A stretch of 64,000 nt of DNA from Gammaproteobacteria bacterium (lineage in GTDB: Bacteria > Pseudomonadota > Gammaproteobacteria > UBA4575), in NCBI GenBank assembly GCA_965243395.1, contig CBDEUS010000001.1, positions 896,001 to 960,000 of the forward strand, written 5' to 3'. This document shows positions 9,432-21,639 of the stretch, one piece after another (position 1 is the stretch's first letter; the number at the start of each line of letters is the position of its first letter). The position numbers and the translations under genes are program-made. The notes under the pieces were generated by a model. That model did not search any database. It was not told the DNA's origin and worked only from the letters and a program-made list of their open reading frames with translations.

Positions 9432-9787
9432 TGGTGGAGGCGGCGGGAATCGAACCCGCGTCCGCGAACCCTCTGCCGTTGGTACTACATGCTTAGTCGC
9501 TCTTTAACTTAACCGTTATACTCCCGAACGACAGGGCATATAACGGGGAGCCTGGATTAGTTTTAATGGATCCGCTCCAGACAGACTTCACCACGAGCTT
9601 ACTAAGGTTACGCCCGAGTCAGAACCGTAAGCTGAACTGGTCGGACGGCAATAGACTGGTTTTTAAGCAGCTAGAGCGTAGTTGTCATCGTTTGCAACTA
9701 TATTTTGCAGCGTTATTTACGAGGCCAGCTAACATCCTCGGCATGCACCTCAAGTTTCGTAATCCACGTCGAAACCGAGTCGCCCCC
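9432..9787 (-). ncRNA. ssrA: tmRNA (transfer-messenger RNA)
   Basis: 5' GGGGGCG pairs with 3' CGCCTCC-ACCA; T-arm GCGGGTTCGATTCCCGC; tag frame gca aac gat gac aac tac gct cta gct gct taa = ANDDNYALAA. Confidence 0.98.
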
Positions 9788-9947
9788 CATTCATTTCACA
9801 AGAGCGATACGATGAATATATAACTATACTATATATAAGTATCAAACTTTGTTGATAAAACGCACGGTATATATATTGGACCGTCCTTTTTCGATATGAT
9901 TCCGGCCTCTCGAATACTCATTTTTACCTTAAAGGCGATCATTTTAA

Positions 9948-12900
9948 ATGTTGATCATTCAAGGAGATCAAGCGTTATCTTCATTTAGAATTCAGAATCT
10001 TCAACGCCTGCTGAAAGCATTCACCTCTAAGGTCTCCGGTATTACGGCTACGTATGTTCATTTCGTGCAAACTAATGATGAACTTACACAAAATGAACAT
10101 TCAAAACTTGAAGCACTGCTTTCTAGAGCGCAATCGTCAAAAAACGAAACAGAAAGCAATTTTGAACTTCTCGTAATACCGCGATTTGGAACGATTTCTC
10201 CATGGTCTTCTAAAGCAACCGATATTGCACACAACTGTGGTTTGGAAAAAGTAAACCGTGTTGAGCGAGGTGTTTGGTATCAATTTACTCTAGATAGTGC
10301 GCTAACAACACAAGAAAAAGAAAAATTAGTTTCAACTTTGCATGACCGAATGACCGAATCTGTTTCTTTTTCACTTGATGATGGTCAAAAATTATTTATT
10401 GAAGAAAGCAAGCGCGAATTAATGCAAATTCCTCTAGGTAAGAATGCCAAAGATGCATTATCCAAAGCAAACCAGGAAATGGGGCTGGCTTTAGCTGAAG
10501 ATGAAATTGATTATTTAATTGAAAATTATAAAGCGCTTGATAGAGCCCCAACAGATGTCGAGTTAATGATGTTTGCGCAAGCAAACTCTGAGCATTGTCG
10601 ACACAAAATATTTAACGCCAGTTGGAATATAGATGGTCAGCTTAAACAACAAAGTTTGTTTGGCATGATTAAAAATACCTATAAACATTCTTCCGAAAAT
10701 ATTTTATCTGCCTACAGTGATAATGCTGCAGTCATTGTCGGTCATGAGGCCTCACGTTTCCATGTGAATCCTGCTAATCATCAGTACCAGTTTGATCAGG
10801 AAAATGTTCATATCTTGATGAAAGTGGAAACCCATAATCATCCCACTGCAATTTCTCCTTTTCCCGGGGCGGCAACAGGTTCGGGAGGAGAAATTAGAGA
10901 TGAAGGTGCAGTAGGTCGTGGTGGAAAACCGAAAGCAGGTTTATGCGGGTTTTCCGTTTCAAATTTACATTTACCTGAAAGTTTACAACCGTGGGAGTTT
11001 GATTACGGAAAACCCAGCCGAATAGTCAGCGCATTAGATATTATGATTGAAGGGCCAATAGGCGCGGCTTCTTTTAATAATGAATTTGGGCGACCAAATA
11101 TACTTGGTTATTTCAGAACGTTTGAATTAGATATTTCGGCACAAAAAGATAATAGTGATGTGCGGGGATATCACAAACCCATCATGATTGCAGGTGGTTT
11201 GGGAAATGTTCGAGATGAACATGTATTAAAAGAAAAATTTCCCAGCGATACACCGATTATTGTTTTAGGGGGCCCTGCAATGTTAATTGGTCTGGGCGGT
11301 GGTGCGGCTTCTTCTATGGCAAGCGGAACAAGTACAGAAGATTTGGATTTTGCATCTGTACAACGTGGTAATGCTGAAATGCAAAGACGCTGCCAAGAGG
11401 TGATTGAGCAGTGCATTGTTCAAGGCAAAGAAAGTCCAATACTTTCTATCCATGATGTTGGGGCAGGTGGACTATCCAACGCTATTCCGGAACTTATTCA
11501 TGATGCAGCGTTGGGTGGAAAATTTGAACTTAGAAATATCCCTAATGCTGAGCCCAGTATGTCACCTAAAGAAATTTGGTGCAACGAAGCGCAAGAACGT
11601 TATGTGCTTGCAGTAGACAAGAACAAATTAGATGAATTTGAGGAATTGTGCATACGTGAGCGATGTCCTTATGCCGTTCTAGGTACTAGCACAAAAGAGC
11701 CGCAGCTTGTTCTTGGTGACAAAGAATTTAATAACCATCCAATAGAACTACCGATGGACGTTTTGCTTGGCAAAACACCCAAAATGGAACGCAATGTTCG
11801 GTCTAAATCAAGCTTGTCTCAAACATTTTATATGAAGGATATTGATTTAGTCGAAGCGGTTGATCGAGTGCTTCGATTGCCTACCGTAGCATCAAAAAGC
11901 TTTTTAATTACCATCGGTGATCGCACCGTTACAGGTATGGTTACACGAGATCAGTTTGTGGGTCCTTGGCAAGTACCTGTTGCGGATGTTGCCGTAACTT
12001 GTAGTGACTACCAAGGTTATACGGGTGAAGCAATGGCGATGGGTGAACGTACTCCTGTTGCATTACTTTCTGGACCAGCATCGGGTCGGATGGCTATCGG
12101 TGAAGCGATTACCAATATCCTTGCTGCAGATGTTAAGCAACTTTCCGATATTCGCTTGTCTGCTAACTGGATGGCGCCTGCAGGTCATGAAGGCGAGGAC
12201 GCAAATTTATTTGCCACTGTGCAAGCCGTCGGTGAAGAATTGTGTCCTGAATTAAAAATTGCTATTCCCGTGGGTAAAGATTCGTTATCTATGAAAAGTG
12301 TTTGGAATGCGGAGGGCACATCTAAGTCAGTCACTGCGCCGCTATCTCTAATTATTTCCGCGTTTTCTCCTGTGCAGGATGTGCGGAAATCATTAACACC
12401 TGAATTAAATAAGAATTTAGAAAACTCCTTAATCCTGCTAATTGATCTTGGTGCTAAGAATAATCGATTAGGTGGTTCTTCGTTAGCACAAGTTTATTCG
12501 CAATTGGGTGATATGCCTGCCGATCTGGATGACCCAGCACTGCTTAAAAACTTTTTTGCAGCTATTACCGAATTAAAATCTGCAGGTTTAATTCATGCAT
12601 ATCATGATCGATCAGATGGTGGTTTATTGGCATGTATCTGTGAAATGAGTTTTGCAAGTCATGCAGGGCTGGATATTCATATTGATGACTTAGGTGATGA
12701 TTTCATTGCAAGTTTATTCGCAGAAGAATTAGGAGCCGTCATCCAGATTGCAGAGGAAGATTATGATGCCGTCGTGAATTCACTGGCTAAACACAAATTA
12801 GATTCTTTCACATATGTTCTAGGCAAGCCTAATAATGAAAATACACTTTCTATTTCGCATTCAAATAAAGTTATATACAAAAATAAATGGTCAGAGCTAA

Positions 12901-13841
12901 TTAAAGCTTGGTCAAGCACAAGTTATGCAATTCAATCCTTGCGGGATAATCCTTTATGTGCAGATCAAGAATTAGAAGTTACTACTGATGAAAAAAATCC
13001 TGGGTTAAGTGCAAAATTAAACTTTGACATCAATGAAGACATCACACTGCCTTATATAAATAAAGGTGTGAATCCAAAAATTGCCGTATTAAGAGAGCAG
13101 GGTGTGAATGGCCATATCGAAATGGCTGCTGCTTTTGATCGTGCTGGATTTGATGCAGTGGATGTACATATGACAGATTTAATTAGTAAAAGACAGAAGC
13201 TTGAAAACTTTAATGGCTTAGTTGCCTGTGGCGGATTTTCATATGGAGATGTATTAGGGGCAGGAGGCGGCTGGGCTAAATCAATATTATTCAATAATTA
13301 TCTAAAAGATGAGTTTGAAACCTTTTTTAATAATAAAAATGTTTTTGCACTGGGAGTTTGCAATGGTTGCCAGATGATGTCGCAACTAAAAAACATTATC
13401 CCTGGAGCACAAGACTGGCCTGAATTTATACAAAATGAGTCTGAACAATTTGAAGCAAGACTCGTCATGGTAGAAATTCTTGAATCTCCATCTATTTTCT
13501 TTCAAGGCATGCAAGGTTCTGCATTGCCTATCGTGGTCGCACATGGTGAAGGAAATGCGGTTCACACAGGAAATGGTCTTGATCAGTTGCAAAAAGATAA
13601 CTTAATAGCGATACAATACATTAATAATTACTTACAAGTATCTGAAAAATATCCATTTAATCCTAATGGATCTCCGCTAGGCGCGACAGGATTTTGCAAT
13701 GATGATGGACGGTTCACCATTATGATGCCGCATCCTGAAAGACTGTTTCGTACAGTGCAATATTCATGGCACCCAGAAGGCTGGAATGAGGATGGACCAT
13801 GGATGAGAATTTTCAGAAATGCTAGGAATTTCATAGAGTAA
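9948..13841 (+). CDS. purL: Phosphoribosylformylglycinamidine synthase (large PurL)
   Basis: [40 protein letters not shown]; 1297 aa. Confidence 0.99.
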   Translation: MLIIQGDQALSSFRIQNLQRLLKAFTSKVSGITATYVHFVQTNDELTQNEHSKLEALLSRAQSSKNETESNFELLVIPRFGTISPWSSKATDIAHNCGLEKVNRVERGVWYQFTLDSALTTQEKEKLVSTLHDRMTESVSFSLDDGQKLFIEESKRELMQIPLGKNAKDALSKANQEMGLALAEDEIDYLIENYKALDRAPTDVELMMFAQANSEHCRHKIFNASWNIDGQLKQQSLFGMIKNTYKHSSENILSAYSDNAAVIVGHEASRFHVNPANHQYQFDQENVHILMKVETHNHPTAISPFPGAATGSGGEIRDEGAVGRGGKPKAGLCGFSVSNLHLPESLQPWEFDYGKPSRIVSALDIMIEGPIGAASFNNEFGRPNILGYFRTFELDISAQKDNSDVRGYHKPIMIAGGLGNVRDEHVLKEKFPSDTPIIVLGGPAMLIGLGGGAASSMASGTSTEDLDFASVQRGNAEMQRRCQEVIEQCIVQGKESPILSIHDVGAGGLSNAIPELIHDAALGGKFELRNIPNAEPSMSPKEIWCNEAQERYVLAVDKNKLDEFEELCIRERCPYAVLGTSTKEPQLVLGDKEFNNHPIELPMDVLLGKTPKMERNVRSKSSLSQTFYMKDIDLVEAVDRVLRLPTVASKSFLITIGDRTVTGMVTRDQFVGPWQVPVADVAVTCSDYQGYTGEAMAMGERTPVALLSGPASGRMAIGEAITNILAADVKQLSDIRLSANWMAPAGHEGEDANLFATVQAVGEELCPELKIAIPVGKDSLSMKSVWNAEGTSKSVTAPLSLIISAFSPVQDVRKSLTPELNKNLENSLILLIDLGAKNNRLGGSSLAQVYSQLGDMPADLDDPALLKNFFAAITELKSAGLIHAYHDRSDGGLLACICEMSFASHAGLDIHIDDLGDDFIASLFAEELGAVIQIAEEDYDAVVNSLAKHKLDSFTYVLGKPNNENTLSISHSNKVIYKNKWSELIKAWSSTSYAIQSLRDNPLCADQELEVTTDEKNPGLSAKLNFDINEDITLPYINKGVNPKIAVLREQGVNGHIEMAAAFDRAGFDAVDVHMTDLISKRQKLENFNGLVACGGFSYGDVLGAGGGWAKSILFNNYLKDEFETFFNNKNVFALGVCNGCQMMSQLKNIIPGAQDWPEFIQNESEQFEARLVMVEILESPSIFFQGMQGSALPIVVAHGEGNAVHTGNGLDQLQKDNLIAIQYINNYLQVSEKYPFNPNGSPLGATGFCNDDGRFTIMMPHPERLFRTVQYSWHPEGWNEDGPWMRIFRNARNFIE

Positions 13842-14070
13842 CATCAAATTATTAATCTTAATTAAACTTATTACCCTTATAGGCCAAAATAATTAGAAAC
13901 AAACCTTTTGAATTCATTGTCATATTTAGTGTTCGTTTATTGAAAAATTGTGTCAATAAAACGTTATTTAAAATAAAAAATTGTGAATAAAAGATATCTC
14001 TTTTATGTGGGATTCCTCTATAATCACTTTAAGAGAAAGCCTTAATTGGGGAAGGGTATCTGGATAAATA

Positions 14071-14685
14071 ATGAACAAAAAATTTAAAATTTTATTTTTT
14101 CATATCATGCTTGTAACACTGATGCCTTTTAGTGTGTCTGCTGAGTGGTATGTAGGTGCTGATACTTATCAAAATGAAATTTTGCCTTATCCAGATAGTA
14201 TCTCTGACAACAGTTTATTTTCAGAGAATATTACAAGTTACAAATCTGATCCTTACGACACAAGCGTTTCTTTATTTGGCGGCTATCGCACTACGGATAA
14301 TTTCTCGCTTCAACTTGAATATCAGGATGAACTTTCATTTGGTATAGATGAAATGTTTGCGGGCTCATCGCTTTGGTTCCCTGAAGCTAGCTCAGAAAGT
14401 TTTGATTCAAATGCTTTGTTCTTCACTGGAATAAGTAGTTATCCGATCAATGATAGTGGCGTGTTCTATATGAAAGGCGGTTTGTTTAATTGGGAAATTG
14501 ATTCCAATTATTATGAAACAAGTGAAAAGTATTTAGGCCGAACCAGCGGCACAGACTTTTTCTATGGCTTAGGCGCAAACTATGATTTAAATACTCGATT
14601 TGGTATCAGTGCTGAATGGGAACGTTACCAAATGGAAGAATCTGATATTGACTATCTCTCTACCAAGCTTAAATTTAAGTTCTAA
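14071..14685 (+). CDS. OmpA-like outer-membrane beta-barrel protein
   Basis: Signal peptide, alternating beta-strand pattern, terminal Phe (LKFKF). Confidence 0.85.
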   Translation: MNKKFKILFFHIMLVTLMPFSVSAEWYVGADTYQNEILPYPDSISDNSLFSENITSYKSDPYDTSVSLFGGYRTTDNFSLQLEYQDELSFGIDEMFAGSSLWFPEASSESFDSNALFFTGISSYPINDSGVFYMKGGLFNWEIDSNYYETSEKYLGRTSGTDFFYGLGANYDLNTRFGISAEWERYQMEESDIDYLSTKLKFKF

Positions 14686-14883
14686 AGCCATACTCTAAGG
14701 CTTGAATATACAATCTATTTACTATCTCTATCGGCAGATAAAGATCTGAATCTATGCCTTTATTAGGGGCTAAATGCCTGAAATTAAGCATAATTTCCTA
14801 ATAATAATAGATATTTGAGCTATAATTTAAGGTTCAGCATATTAACTATAGTTACTTATAAAAATCCATCAGGAGATCTCGCG

Positions 14884-16164
14884 ATGTTTACAGCAGACAT
14901 GACTATTGCAAATTTCGACAAGGAACTTACCGATGCAATTAAATCGGAAATTCGTCGACAAGAAGAACATGTAGAACTTATTGCATCTGAAAATTACACA
15001 AGCCCACGTGTAATGGAAGCACAAGGATCTGTCTTAACCAACAAATATGCAGAAGGTTACCCGGCAAAGCGATATTACGGTGGATGCGAATATGTAGATA
15101 TTGCTGAGCAACTCGCTATAGATCGTTTAAAAAAATTATATTCTGCAGATTACGCTAATGTGCAACCTCACTCTGGTTCACAAGCGAATGCTGCAGTTTA
15201 TCTAGCGTTATTGGAACCGCATGACACGATTATGGGCCTTGCTTTGTCACATGGCGGACATTTAACACATGGCTGCCCGGTTAATTTCTCCGGAAAAATA
15301 TTCAACGCAGTGCAATATGGTTTAAACCCAGATACTGGTGAAGTGGATTACGATGAAGTCGAACGTCTTGCAAAAGAACATAAACCTAAAATGATTGTTG
15401 CAGGTTTTTCTGCATATTCACGTGTTTGGGACTGGCAACGTTTTAGAGATATTTGCGATGAAGTAGGCGCTTTATTTTTTGTAGATATGGCGCACGTGTC
15501 TGGATTAATTGCAGCAGGTTTATATCCAAACCCTGTGCCCGTTGCAGATGTTGTCACTTCAACAACACACAAAACGTTACGAGGACCACGTGGTGGAATC
15601 ATTCTTGCGAGAGAAAATGAAGAAATTACCAAAAAGTTAAACTCTATGGTATTCCCAGGGACACAAGGCGGGCCTTTAATGCACGTCATTGCCGGTAAAG
15701 CTGTAGCATTTTTAGAGGCATTACAACCGGAATTTAAAGAATATCAGCAACAGGTTTTAAATAACGCCAAGGCAATGGCGCAACAATTTATGGACCGCGG
15801 CTATAAAATTGTTTCAGGTGGTACTGATGATCACTTATTTTTAGTTGATTTAATTGATAAAGGTATTACCGGTAAAGATGCGGATGCGGCGCTTGGAAAG
15901 GCGAATATCACTGTAAACAAAAATACTGTTCCTAATGATCCACAATCACCTTTTGTAACAAGTGGATTACGTATAGGTACACCTGCAGCAACAACACGCG
16001 GCTTTAAAGAGCAGGAATGTAAAGAACTCGTTAACTGGATCTGCGACATTTTAGATAATCTAGAAGATACAAGTACAATTGAGCGTGTTAAAAATCAAGT
16101 GCTCGATCTTTGCAAACGTTTTCCTGTTTATCGCTCAAGTTCAGAGCAGCAAGCAGTAGCTTAA
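14884..16164 (+). CDS. glyA: Serine hydroxymethyltransferase
   Basis: [27 protein letters not shown]; AGGAG RBS supports the ATG at 14884. Confidence 0.99.
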   Translation: MFTADMTIANFDKELTDAIKSEIRRQEEHVELIASENYTSPRVMEAQGSVLTNKYAEGYPAKRYYGGCEYVDIAEQLAIDRLKKLYSADYANVQPHSGSQANAAVYLALLEPHDTIMGLALSHGGHLTHGCPVNFSGKIFNAVQYGLNPDTGEVDYDEVERLAKEHKPKMIVAGFSAYSRVWDWQRFRDICDEVGALFFVDMAHVSGLIAAGLYPNPVPVADVVTSTTHKTLRGPRGGIILARENEEITKKLNSMVFPGTQGGPLMHVIAGKAVAFLEALQPEFKEYQQQVLNNAKAMAQQFMDRGYKIVSGGTDDHLFLVDLIDKGITGKDADAALGKANITVNKNTVPNDPQSPFVTSGLRIGTPAATTRGFKEQECKELVNWICDILDNLEDTSTIERVKNQVLDLCKRFPVYRSSSEQQAVA

Positions 16165-16207
16165 AGTTTTATACAACTAACATTATAAAATTATTGAGCG
16201 TTAAAAA

Positions 16208-16726
16208 ATGCATTGCCCATTTTGCCGCTCGGAAGAGACTAAGGTAATTGATTCGCGCCTTGCCAATGATGGCTATCAAGTCCGCAGGCGGCGTGAATGT
16301 TTGGACTGTAACCAGCGTTTTACAACTTTTGAAACAGTAGAAAGAAATTTACCAAGAGTGGTGAAACACGATGGGCGTAGAGAGCCCTTTAGTGAAGATA
16401 AACTTCGAAAAGGCATTACGCTTGCTTGTGAAAAAAGACCTGTTGCCACTGAAGATATAGATACAGCTATTAATTTAATTTCACGTAAAGCTTTAGGAGT
16501 AGGAGAGCGAGAAATTTCTGCAAAGGTAATTGGTGAATGGGTAATGCAAGAGCTTCGCTCGCTCGATCAGGTTGCATATGTACGCTTTGCATCTGTTTAT
16601 ATGAGCTTTGAAGATGTGCAAGCATTTAAAGATATTATTGATCGCGTTGAAAATGAGTTAACTCCAGAAATGCTTAAAAGCCAGCTGTCACTCATCGTTG
16701 AAGATAGCGATAATAAAACTCATTAG
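16208..16726 (+). CDS. nrdR: Transcriptional repressor NrdR
   Basis: MHCPFC...RRRRECLDC zinc ribbon, ATP-cone, VAYVRFASVY. Confidence 0.99.
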   Translation: MHCPFCRSEETKVIDSRLANDGYQVRRRRECLDCNQRFTTFETVERNLPRVVKHDGRREPFSEDKLRKGITLACEKRPVATEDIDTAINLISRKALGVGEREISAKVIGEWVMQELRSLDQVAYVRFASVYMSFEDVQAFKDIIDRVENELTPEMLKSQLSLIVEDSDNKTH

Positions 16727-16758
16727 TCATCTCAATTTTTAGCTGGCAGATCGTCAGT

Positions 16759-17874
16759 ATGAATAAATTAGTCAATGATCATGCCTATATGGCTCAAGCT
16801 CTGCGATTAGCCGAGAAGGGCCTCTATACTACGCGAACAAACCCAAGAGTTGGTTGCATTATCGTGAAACATGACCAAGTTATTGGTCATGGTTTTCATG
16901 TTTCTCCAGGAAAACCACATGCTGAAATTAATGCAATAGAAAATTGCAAAGGGGACACACAGGACGCTATTGCTTATGTAACTCTTGAGCCTTGCTCACA
17001 TTATGGAAAAACGCCACCCTGTATCGAATCTTTGGTTGCGGCAAAACTCCGTCGTGTTGTTGCTGCCATGCAAGACCCAAATCCACAAGTTGATGGCAAA
17101 GGGCTAGAGTATTTGCGAGAACACAACATTGAAACGACCTGCAATATCCTCAAAAATGAAGCCACAGAATTAAATAAAGGATTTGTACAGCGTATGACGA
17201 AGGCTCGCCCTTATGTAACAGTAAAATCCGCAATGAGTATTGATGGCAGAACGGCTCTACAGTCAGGCGAAAGTAAATGGATTAGTAGTGAACAATCCCG
17301 CAAGGATGTGCAAAAACTGCGTGCTCGAAGCTGTGCCATTATGACGGGCATTGATACAGTTATACAAGATGACCCTCAACTAAATGTAAGACTTAAAAAA
17401 GAAGAGTTAGGTTCCAATAATGATATTGAGCAGCCAATACGGGTGGTACTTGATACAAAACTAAGAATCTCACCTAAAGCTAAGATAATAAATATACCTG
17501 GTCAAACGATTATTTTTACATGCTGTAAAGATAGTAGAAAACAACAAACTCTTGTTGACAAAAATGTAGAAATTGTTGTTGTGTCTATTCAAGATGGCCA
17601 TGTTGATTTTAAAGATGTAATGTCTAATTTGTCTGAAAGAGGTGTAAATGAGGTTTTAGTTGAAGCAGGGCCAACCTTGATTGGCAATTTAATAGAAAAC
17701 GAATTAGTTGATGAAATGATTATTTATATGGCCCCGCATATCATGGGAGATTCAAGTAAAGGTTTAGTAAAGCTTGAGCCCATACTTGATATGCAAGAAC
17801 GAATTAATATGCAAATTATTCAAACTAGAAAAATAGGAAATGACATTAAACTTCAACTGAAAGTTCAGTATTAA
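16759..17874 (+). CDS. ribD: Bifunctional riboflavin deaminase/reductase
   Basis: NPRVGC, HAE, TLEPCSHYGKTPPC, VEAGP. Confidence 0.98.
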   Translation: MNKLVNDHAYMAQALRLAEKGLYTTRTNPRVGCIIVKHDQVIGHGFHVSPGKPHAEINAIENCKGDTQDAIAYVTLEPCSHYGKTPPCIESLVAAKLRRVVAAMQDPNPQVDGKGLEYLREHNIETTCNILKNEATELNKGFVQRMTKARPYVTVKSAMSIDGRTALQSGESKWISSEQSRKDVQKLRARSCAIMTGIDTVIQDDPQLNVRLKKEELGSNNDIEQPIRVVLDTKLRISPKAKIINIPGQTIIFTCCKDSRKQQTLVDKNVEIVVVSIQDGHVDFKDVMSNLSERGVNEVLVEAGPTLIGNLIENELVDEMIIYMAPHIMGDSSKGLVKLEPILDMQERINMQIIQTRKIGNDIKLQLKVQY

Positions 17875-17895
17875 TTAAAAATTAAGAATAAAACT

Positions 17896-18465
17896 ATGTC
17901 CACAATTGTTGCTGTAAAGAAAAATGGAAAAGCGTGTATCGCTGCAGATACGCTGACAACATTTGGTGATATAAAACAATCAAGTGAGTTTGACGATACG
18001 CATGATAAAATTTACATGCATTTAGACAACTATTTTGGGATTGTTGGCAGTGCGGCTCACCATATTGTAATTCAAAGCCTATTGAAAAAGCATGGAGCCG
18101 ATTTGAGTTTTAATTCTCAACTTGAAATATTTGAATCATTTCGTAAATTACACCCCATTCTCAAAGACGAATATTATCTAAACCCGAAGGATGAAGAAGA
18201 AGATCCGTATGAGTCTTCACGCATTGATACACTATTAATTAATCCTCATGGAATTTTTGCAGTTTATGCTTTACGCGAAGTATTTGAATATTCGAGATTT
18301 TGGGCAGTAGGCTCTGGAAGTGATATTGCTTTAGGAGCCATGTATGCCGTCTATGACCGCTTAAGCGATGCGGAAGAGATTGCAAAAATGGGTATAGAAG
18401 CAGGAGCGACGTTTAATAACGCTACTGCGTTACCAATGACTTTATATACAATCGATTTAAAATAA
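17896..18465 (+). CDS. Ntn-hydrolase proteasome beta-subunit homolog (BPH/HslV-like)
   Basis: N-terminal STIVAV, AADTLTTFG, K in DKI, AVGSGS..ALGAM. Confidence 0.85.
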   Translation: MSTIVAVKKNGKACIAADTLTTFGDIKQSSEFDDTHDKIYMHLDNYFGIVGSAAHHIVIQSLLKKHGADLSFNSQLEIFESFRKLHPILKDEYYLNPKDEEEDPYESSRIDTLLINPHGIFAVYALREVFEYSRFWAVGSGSDIALGAMYAVYDRLSDAEEIAKMGIEAGATFNNATALPMTLYTIDLK

Positions 18466-18472
18466 CTAAATT

Positions 18473-19063
18473 ATGTTTACAGGTATTGTAGAAGAAGTGG
18501 GTATTATCCAGAATGTTGCTAAAAAGCAGGATATCCACCAGTATGAAATACAAGCATCATCTAAGTTTATTCAAGATGTTCAGCAAGGTGATAGTATTGC
18601 TGTCAATGGAGTATGTTTAACGGCATATGAAGTTAAATCAGATTCGTTTTACGTTGACGTTTCTGAAGAAACTCAAAAATGCACTAACTTTGGGCAAACT
18701 GTTAATAATAAAGTTAATTTAGAACGGGCTGTTACACCTACAACAAGACTAGGTGGGCATTTTGTTAGCGGACATGTAGATGGGTTGGGAGTTATAACTC
18801 AACGTGAAGACAAAGAAAATGAAACTATTTTATGGCTACAAGTACCTTTAGAGCTTGTGAAATTTATCGCTGTAAAAGGATCTATTTGTATTAATGGAGT
18901 AAGCTTAACAGTAAATCAAACTAATGATGAGCAATGTTGCGTAACAATCATTCCTCACACTTTGGCTAATACGACATTGGCATCTGTTCAAGTTCAAGAG
19001 TATGTAAATATCGAGGTGGATTTGATTGCCAGGTACTTAGAAAAAATCGCTCAAACTTTATAA
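18473..19063 (+). CDS. ribE: Riboflavin synthase
   Basis: MFTGIVE, DSIAVNGVCLT, VNLERA, GGHFVSGHVD. Confidence 0.98.
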   Translation: MFTGIVEEVGIIQNVAKKQDIHQYEIQASSKFIQDVQQGDSIAVNGVCLTAYEVKSDSFYVDVSEETQKCTNFGQTVNNKVNLERAVTPTTRLGGHFVSGHVDGLGVITQREDKENETILWLQVPLELVKFIAVKGSICINGVSLTVNQTNDEQCCVTIIPHTLANTTLASVQVQEYVNIEVDLIARYLEKIAQTL

Positions 19064-19076
19064 TAGAGTATTAATT

Positions 19077-19553
19077 ATGAAGCATAGTGAAACTACTGGC
19101 GCGAATTATTCGGGCAACAATAAGAAAATTGCAGTTGTTGCTGCACGCTTCAATGGTGAAATTGTAGAAGCGATGCGTAAAGCTGCGCATCAAACATTAC
19201 TAGATCATGGAGTTAATGAAGCCGACATTTTTCATTTGCATGTACCCGGTGCATTTGAGCTTCCACTTGCTTGTAAATCGTTAGCAAATAAAGATTATGA
19301 TGCTGTAATTGCACTCGGCTGTGTTATACGAGGTGAAACACCTCACTTTGATTATGTGTGTAATGGGGCAGCCTTAGGCATTCAAATGGCTAATTTGGAG
19401 ACAAATAAACCTATAGCATTTGGTGTATTAACAACCAATACCAGTGAACAAGCTCAACAAAGATCTTCTGAAAAAAATATTGAGCAAAATAAAGGTCGAG
19501 ATGCGGCTTTATGCGTATTAGAAATGCTTAATGCTCTTGATTCAATTCAGTAA
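19077..19553 (+). CDS. ribH: Lumazine synthase
   Basis: ARFN, VPGAFELP, GCVIRGETPHFDYV. Confidence 0.98.
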   Translation: MKHSETTGANYSGNNKKIAVVAARFNGEIVEAMRKAAHQTLLDHGVNEADIFHLHVPGAFELPLACKSLANKDYDAVIALGCVIRGETPHFDYVCNGAALGIQMANLETNKPIAFGVLTTNTSEQAQQRSSEKNIEQNKGRDAALCVLEMLNALDSIQ

Positions 19554-19561
19554 TAGTATTT

Positions 19562-19978
19562 GTGCAGCCTGAAAAACGTCATTGGTCAAGAAGATTCGCG
19601 TTGCAGGCCATATACCAATGGCAGTTAGGCGGACATAGCGTTGACGAGTTATTAGCTCAGTATGTTGAGGATGAAAACTGGCATAAAGTAGATAAGGATT
19701 ATTTTGTAGACTTAATCAGTGGGTCGATTAATGAAAAAAATGAACTCACTAACGTATTTTTACCTTTTATAGAAATTCAGGCAGAGCAAATTGATCCAAT
19801 TGAGAATGCGATTTTACTTTTTGCTACATATGAAATAACGCATAAACCAGAAACGCCCATTAAAGTTGTATTGTCTGAGGCTATAAATTTATGTAAGAAA
19901 TTTGGCTCAACTGATGGTTATAAATTTGTTAATGCTGTATTAGATAAAGTGGCTGCAGCACGTACCTCAAACAATTAA
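19562..19978 (+). CDS. nusB: Transcription antitermination factor NusB
   Basis: RRFALQAIYQW, EAI.L.KKFG...YKFVNAVLD. Confidence 0.97.
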   Translation: MQPEKRHWSRRFALQAIYQWQLGGHSVDELLAQYVEDENWHKVDKDYFVDLISGSINEKNELTNVFLPFIEIQAEQIDPIENAILLFATYEITHKPETPIKVVLSEAINLCKKFGSTDGYKFVNAVLDKVAAARTSNN

Positions 19979-19984
19979 TTTAGC

Positions 19985-20953
19985 TTGCCTAATTTGTCTG
20001 AACAAGAATTAATCGAAAAATATTTCTCTCGACACCAATCTGCTTGTGAGTCTGTGCAAATTAGTGTGGGTGATGATGCCGCTATAGTTAATCCACCTAA
20101 CGGTAATAAGCTTGTAGTGACTACAGATACACTAAATGCAGGAATACATTTTTATTCAGATTGTAATGCAAAATTCTTAGGTCATAAATCTCTAGCAGTT
20201 AGTTTAAGTGATATTGCTGCAATGGGAGCAATGCCTCTATGGGCAACGTTGAATTTATCATTACCAGAAATTAATCATGAATGGTTAGATAACTTTTCTA
20301 ACGGACTTTATGAACTTGCAGATGCATATCATGTAAAGTTAATTGGCGGTGATCTTGTCACTGGACCTCTTTCAATTACTGTTTCAGTTATCGGATATTT
20401 AAGATCAAAACAACTATTGAGAAGTAATTGTGAAGTTAATGATCTAATATATGTCACAGGTTATTTGGGTGATGCTTCATTTGGATTAAAGGTACTTGAG
20501 GATAATATAGATATCGATAATGAAGATCGCGAATACTTTTTAACTCATTTCCAACAACCAACGCCTAGGTTAGATGCATCAGAATATATTGCTGATATTG
20601 CAAATTCAGCAATTGATATTTCAGATGGGTTTCTGCTAGATATGCTGCGAATGTTAAAGATGAGCAAAAAAGGTGCAGTAATTGATGTAAATAAGATTCC
20701 AGTCTCGAAACCTTTAAAAAAATATCTAGACCAATTTATACACTTAGATGATGTATTAACCGGCGGTGAAGACTATCAACTTATTTTTACCGTTAAGCCA
20801 GAGGATAAAATTAGATTAGAGAAAACTTTATCTAGCCGTAATATTATGATCACTCAAGTAGGCGAAATTGTGGCTGGTTCAAGTATAAGTTTGCTACGCG
20901 ACAACCAGCCATTTGTTTTACCAAAGCATTTAGGGTTCGATCATTTTTCTTAG
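19985..20953 (+). CDS. thiL: Thiamine-monophosphate kinase
   Basis: GDDAA, SDIAAMGA, LIGGD, IDISDG, GGEDYQL. Confidence 0.97.
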   Translation: MPNLSEQELIEKYFSRHQSACESVQISVGDDAAIVNPPNGNKLVVTTDTLNAGIHFYSDCNAKFLGHKSLAVSLSDIAAMGAMPLWATLNLSLPEINHEWLDNFSNGLYELADAYHVKLIGGDLVTGPLSITVSVIGYLRSKQLLRSNCEVNDLIYVTGYLGDASFGLKVLEDNIDIDNEDREYFLTHFQQPTPRLDASEYIADIANSAIDISDGFLLDMLRMLKMSKKGAVIDVNKIPVSKPLKKYLDQFIHLDDVLTGGEDYQLIFTVKPEDKIRLEKTLSSRNIMITQVGEIVAGSSISLLRDNQPFVLPKHLGFDHFS

Positions 20954-20958
20954 TTAAC

Positions 20959-21444
20959 ATGCAAGAGTCCATTCGAAAAATTGTTTTACGAAACCCTGTC
21001 CATATTTTCTCATTTGGTCTTGGTGCGGGCTTGTCTCCAATCGCACCAGGAACATTTGGCACTTTAATTGCTGTGCCTCTATTTTTATTGGTGAGTAATT
21101 TTTCACCTATAATATATTTACTTTTTGTTACGTTGTTATTTTTTGTTGGATGTTGGTCTGCCGGGTATACAGCTAAGGCGTTGAAAGTGCATGATCATCC
21201 CGGAATAGTGATCGACGAAATAGTTGGTTTTTTAATCACAATGCTACTTGTTCCCGTTACCTGGTACTGGGTTATCTTAGGATTTGTCCTGTTTCGCTTA
21301 TTCGACATCTGGAAGCCTTGGCCCATCTCAGTCGTAGACCAACATATCAAGGGTGGCACGGGTATTATGTTGGATGACCTGCTAGCCGCTTTGTATAGCC
21401 TGCTATCCCTACATATCGCAATTTGGTCGGTCAAAATCCTGTAA
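20959..21444 (+). CDS. pgpA: Phosphatidylglycerophosphatase A
   Basis: APGTFGT, IVIDEIVG, FRLFDIWKPWP, GIMLDDLLA. Confidence 0.98.
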   Translation: MQESIRKIVLRNPVHIFSFGLGAGLSPIAPGTFGTLIAVPLFLLVSNFSPIIYLLFVTLLFFVGCWSAGYTAKALKVHDHPGIVIDEIVGFLITMLLVPVTWYWVILGFVLFRLFDIWKPWPISVVDQHIKGGTGIMLDDLLAALYSLLSLHIAIWSVKIL

Positions 21445-21639
21445 TTCATGACCTAGGTCTCTGAGCAGGGTAAACTCTGTAAGTTGAGGAATATACTACT
21501 ATATTTCAGTTAGATAAGGCCGATTCTCAAAGCCATATTTAGACTTCAACAAGAGTGAACATAGGCAGTGAAACTGTCTATTAATAATACAGTAATAAAT
21601 TAAGCAGAAATATATAACCAACAATAGTTACTTGGAAAT

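Noticed and set aside
9566-9823. 85-aa ORF on the + strand
   Set aside because: It is antisense to the tmRNA gene, so a shadow ORF
10396-13834. Short overlapping ORFs inside purL (and similar ones inside other long genes)
   Set aside because: Alternate-frame or antisense ORFs within well-supported genes, with no motifs
14815-14883. Longer N-termini in the ORF track (glyA; also 42625, 45322, 48474, 33775, 34154, 61439)
   Set aside because: Downstream starts fit RBS position, signal peptides or family N-termini better and avoid overlaps
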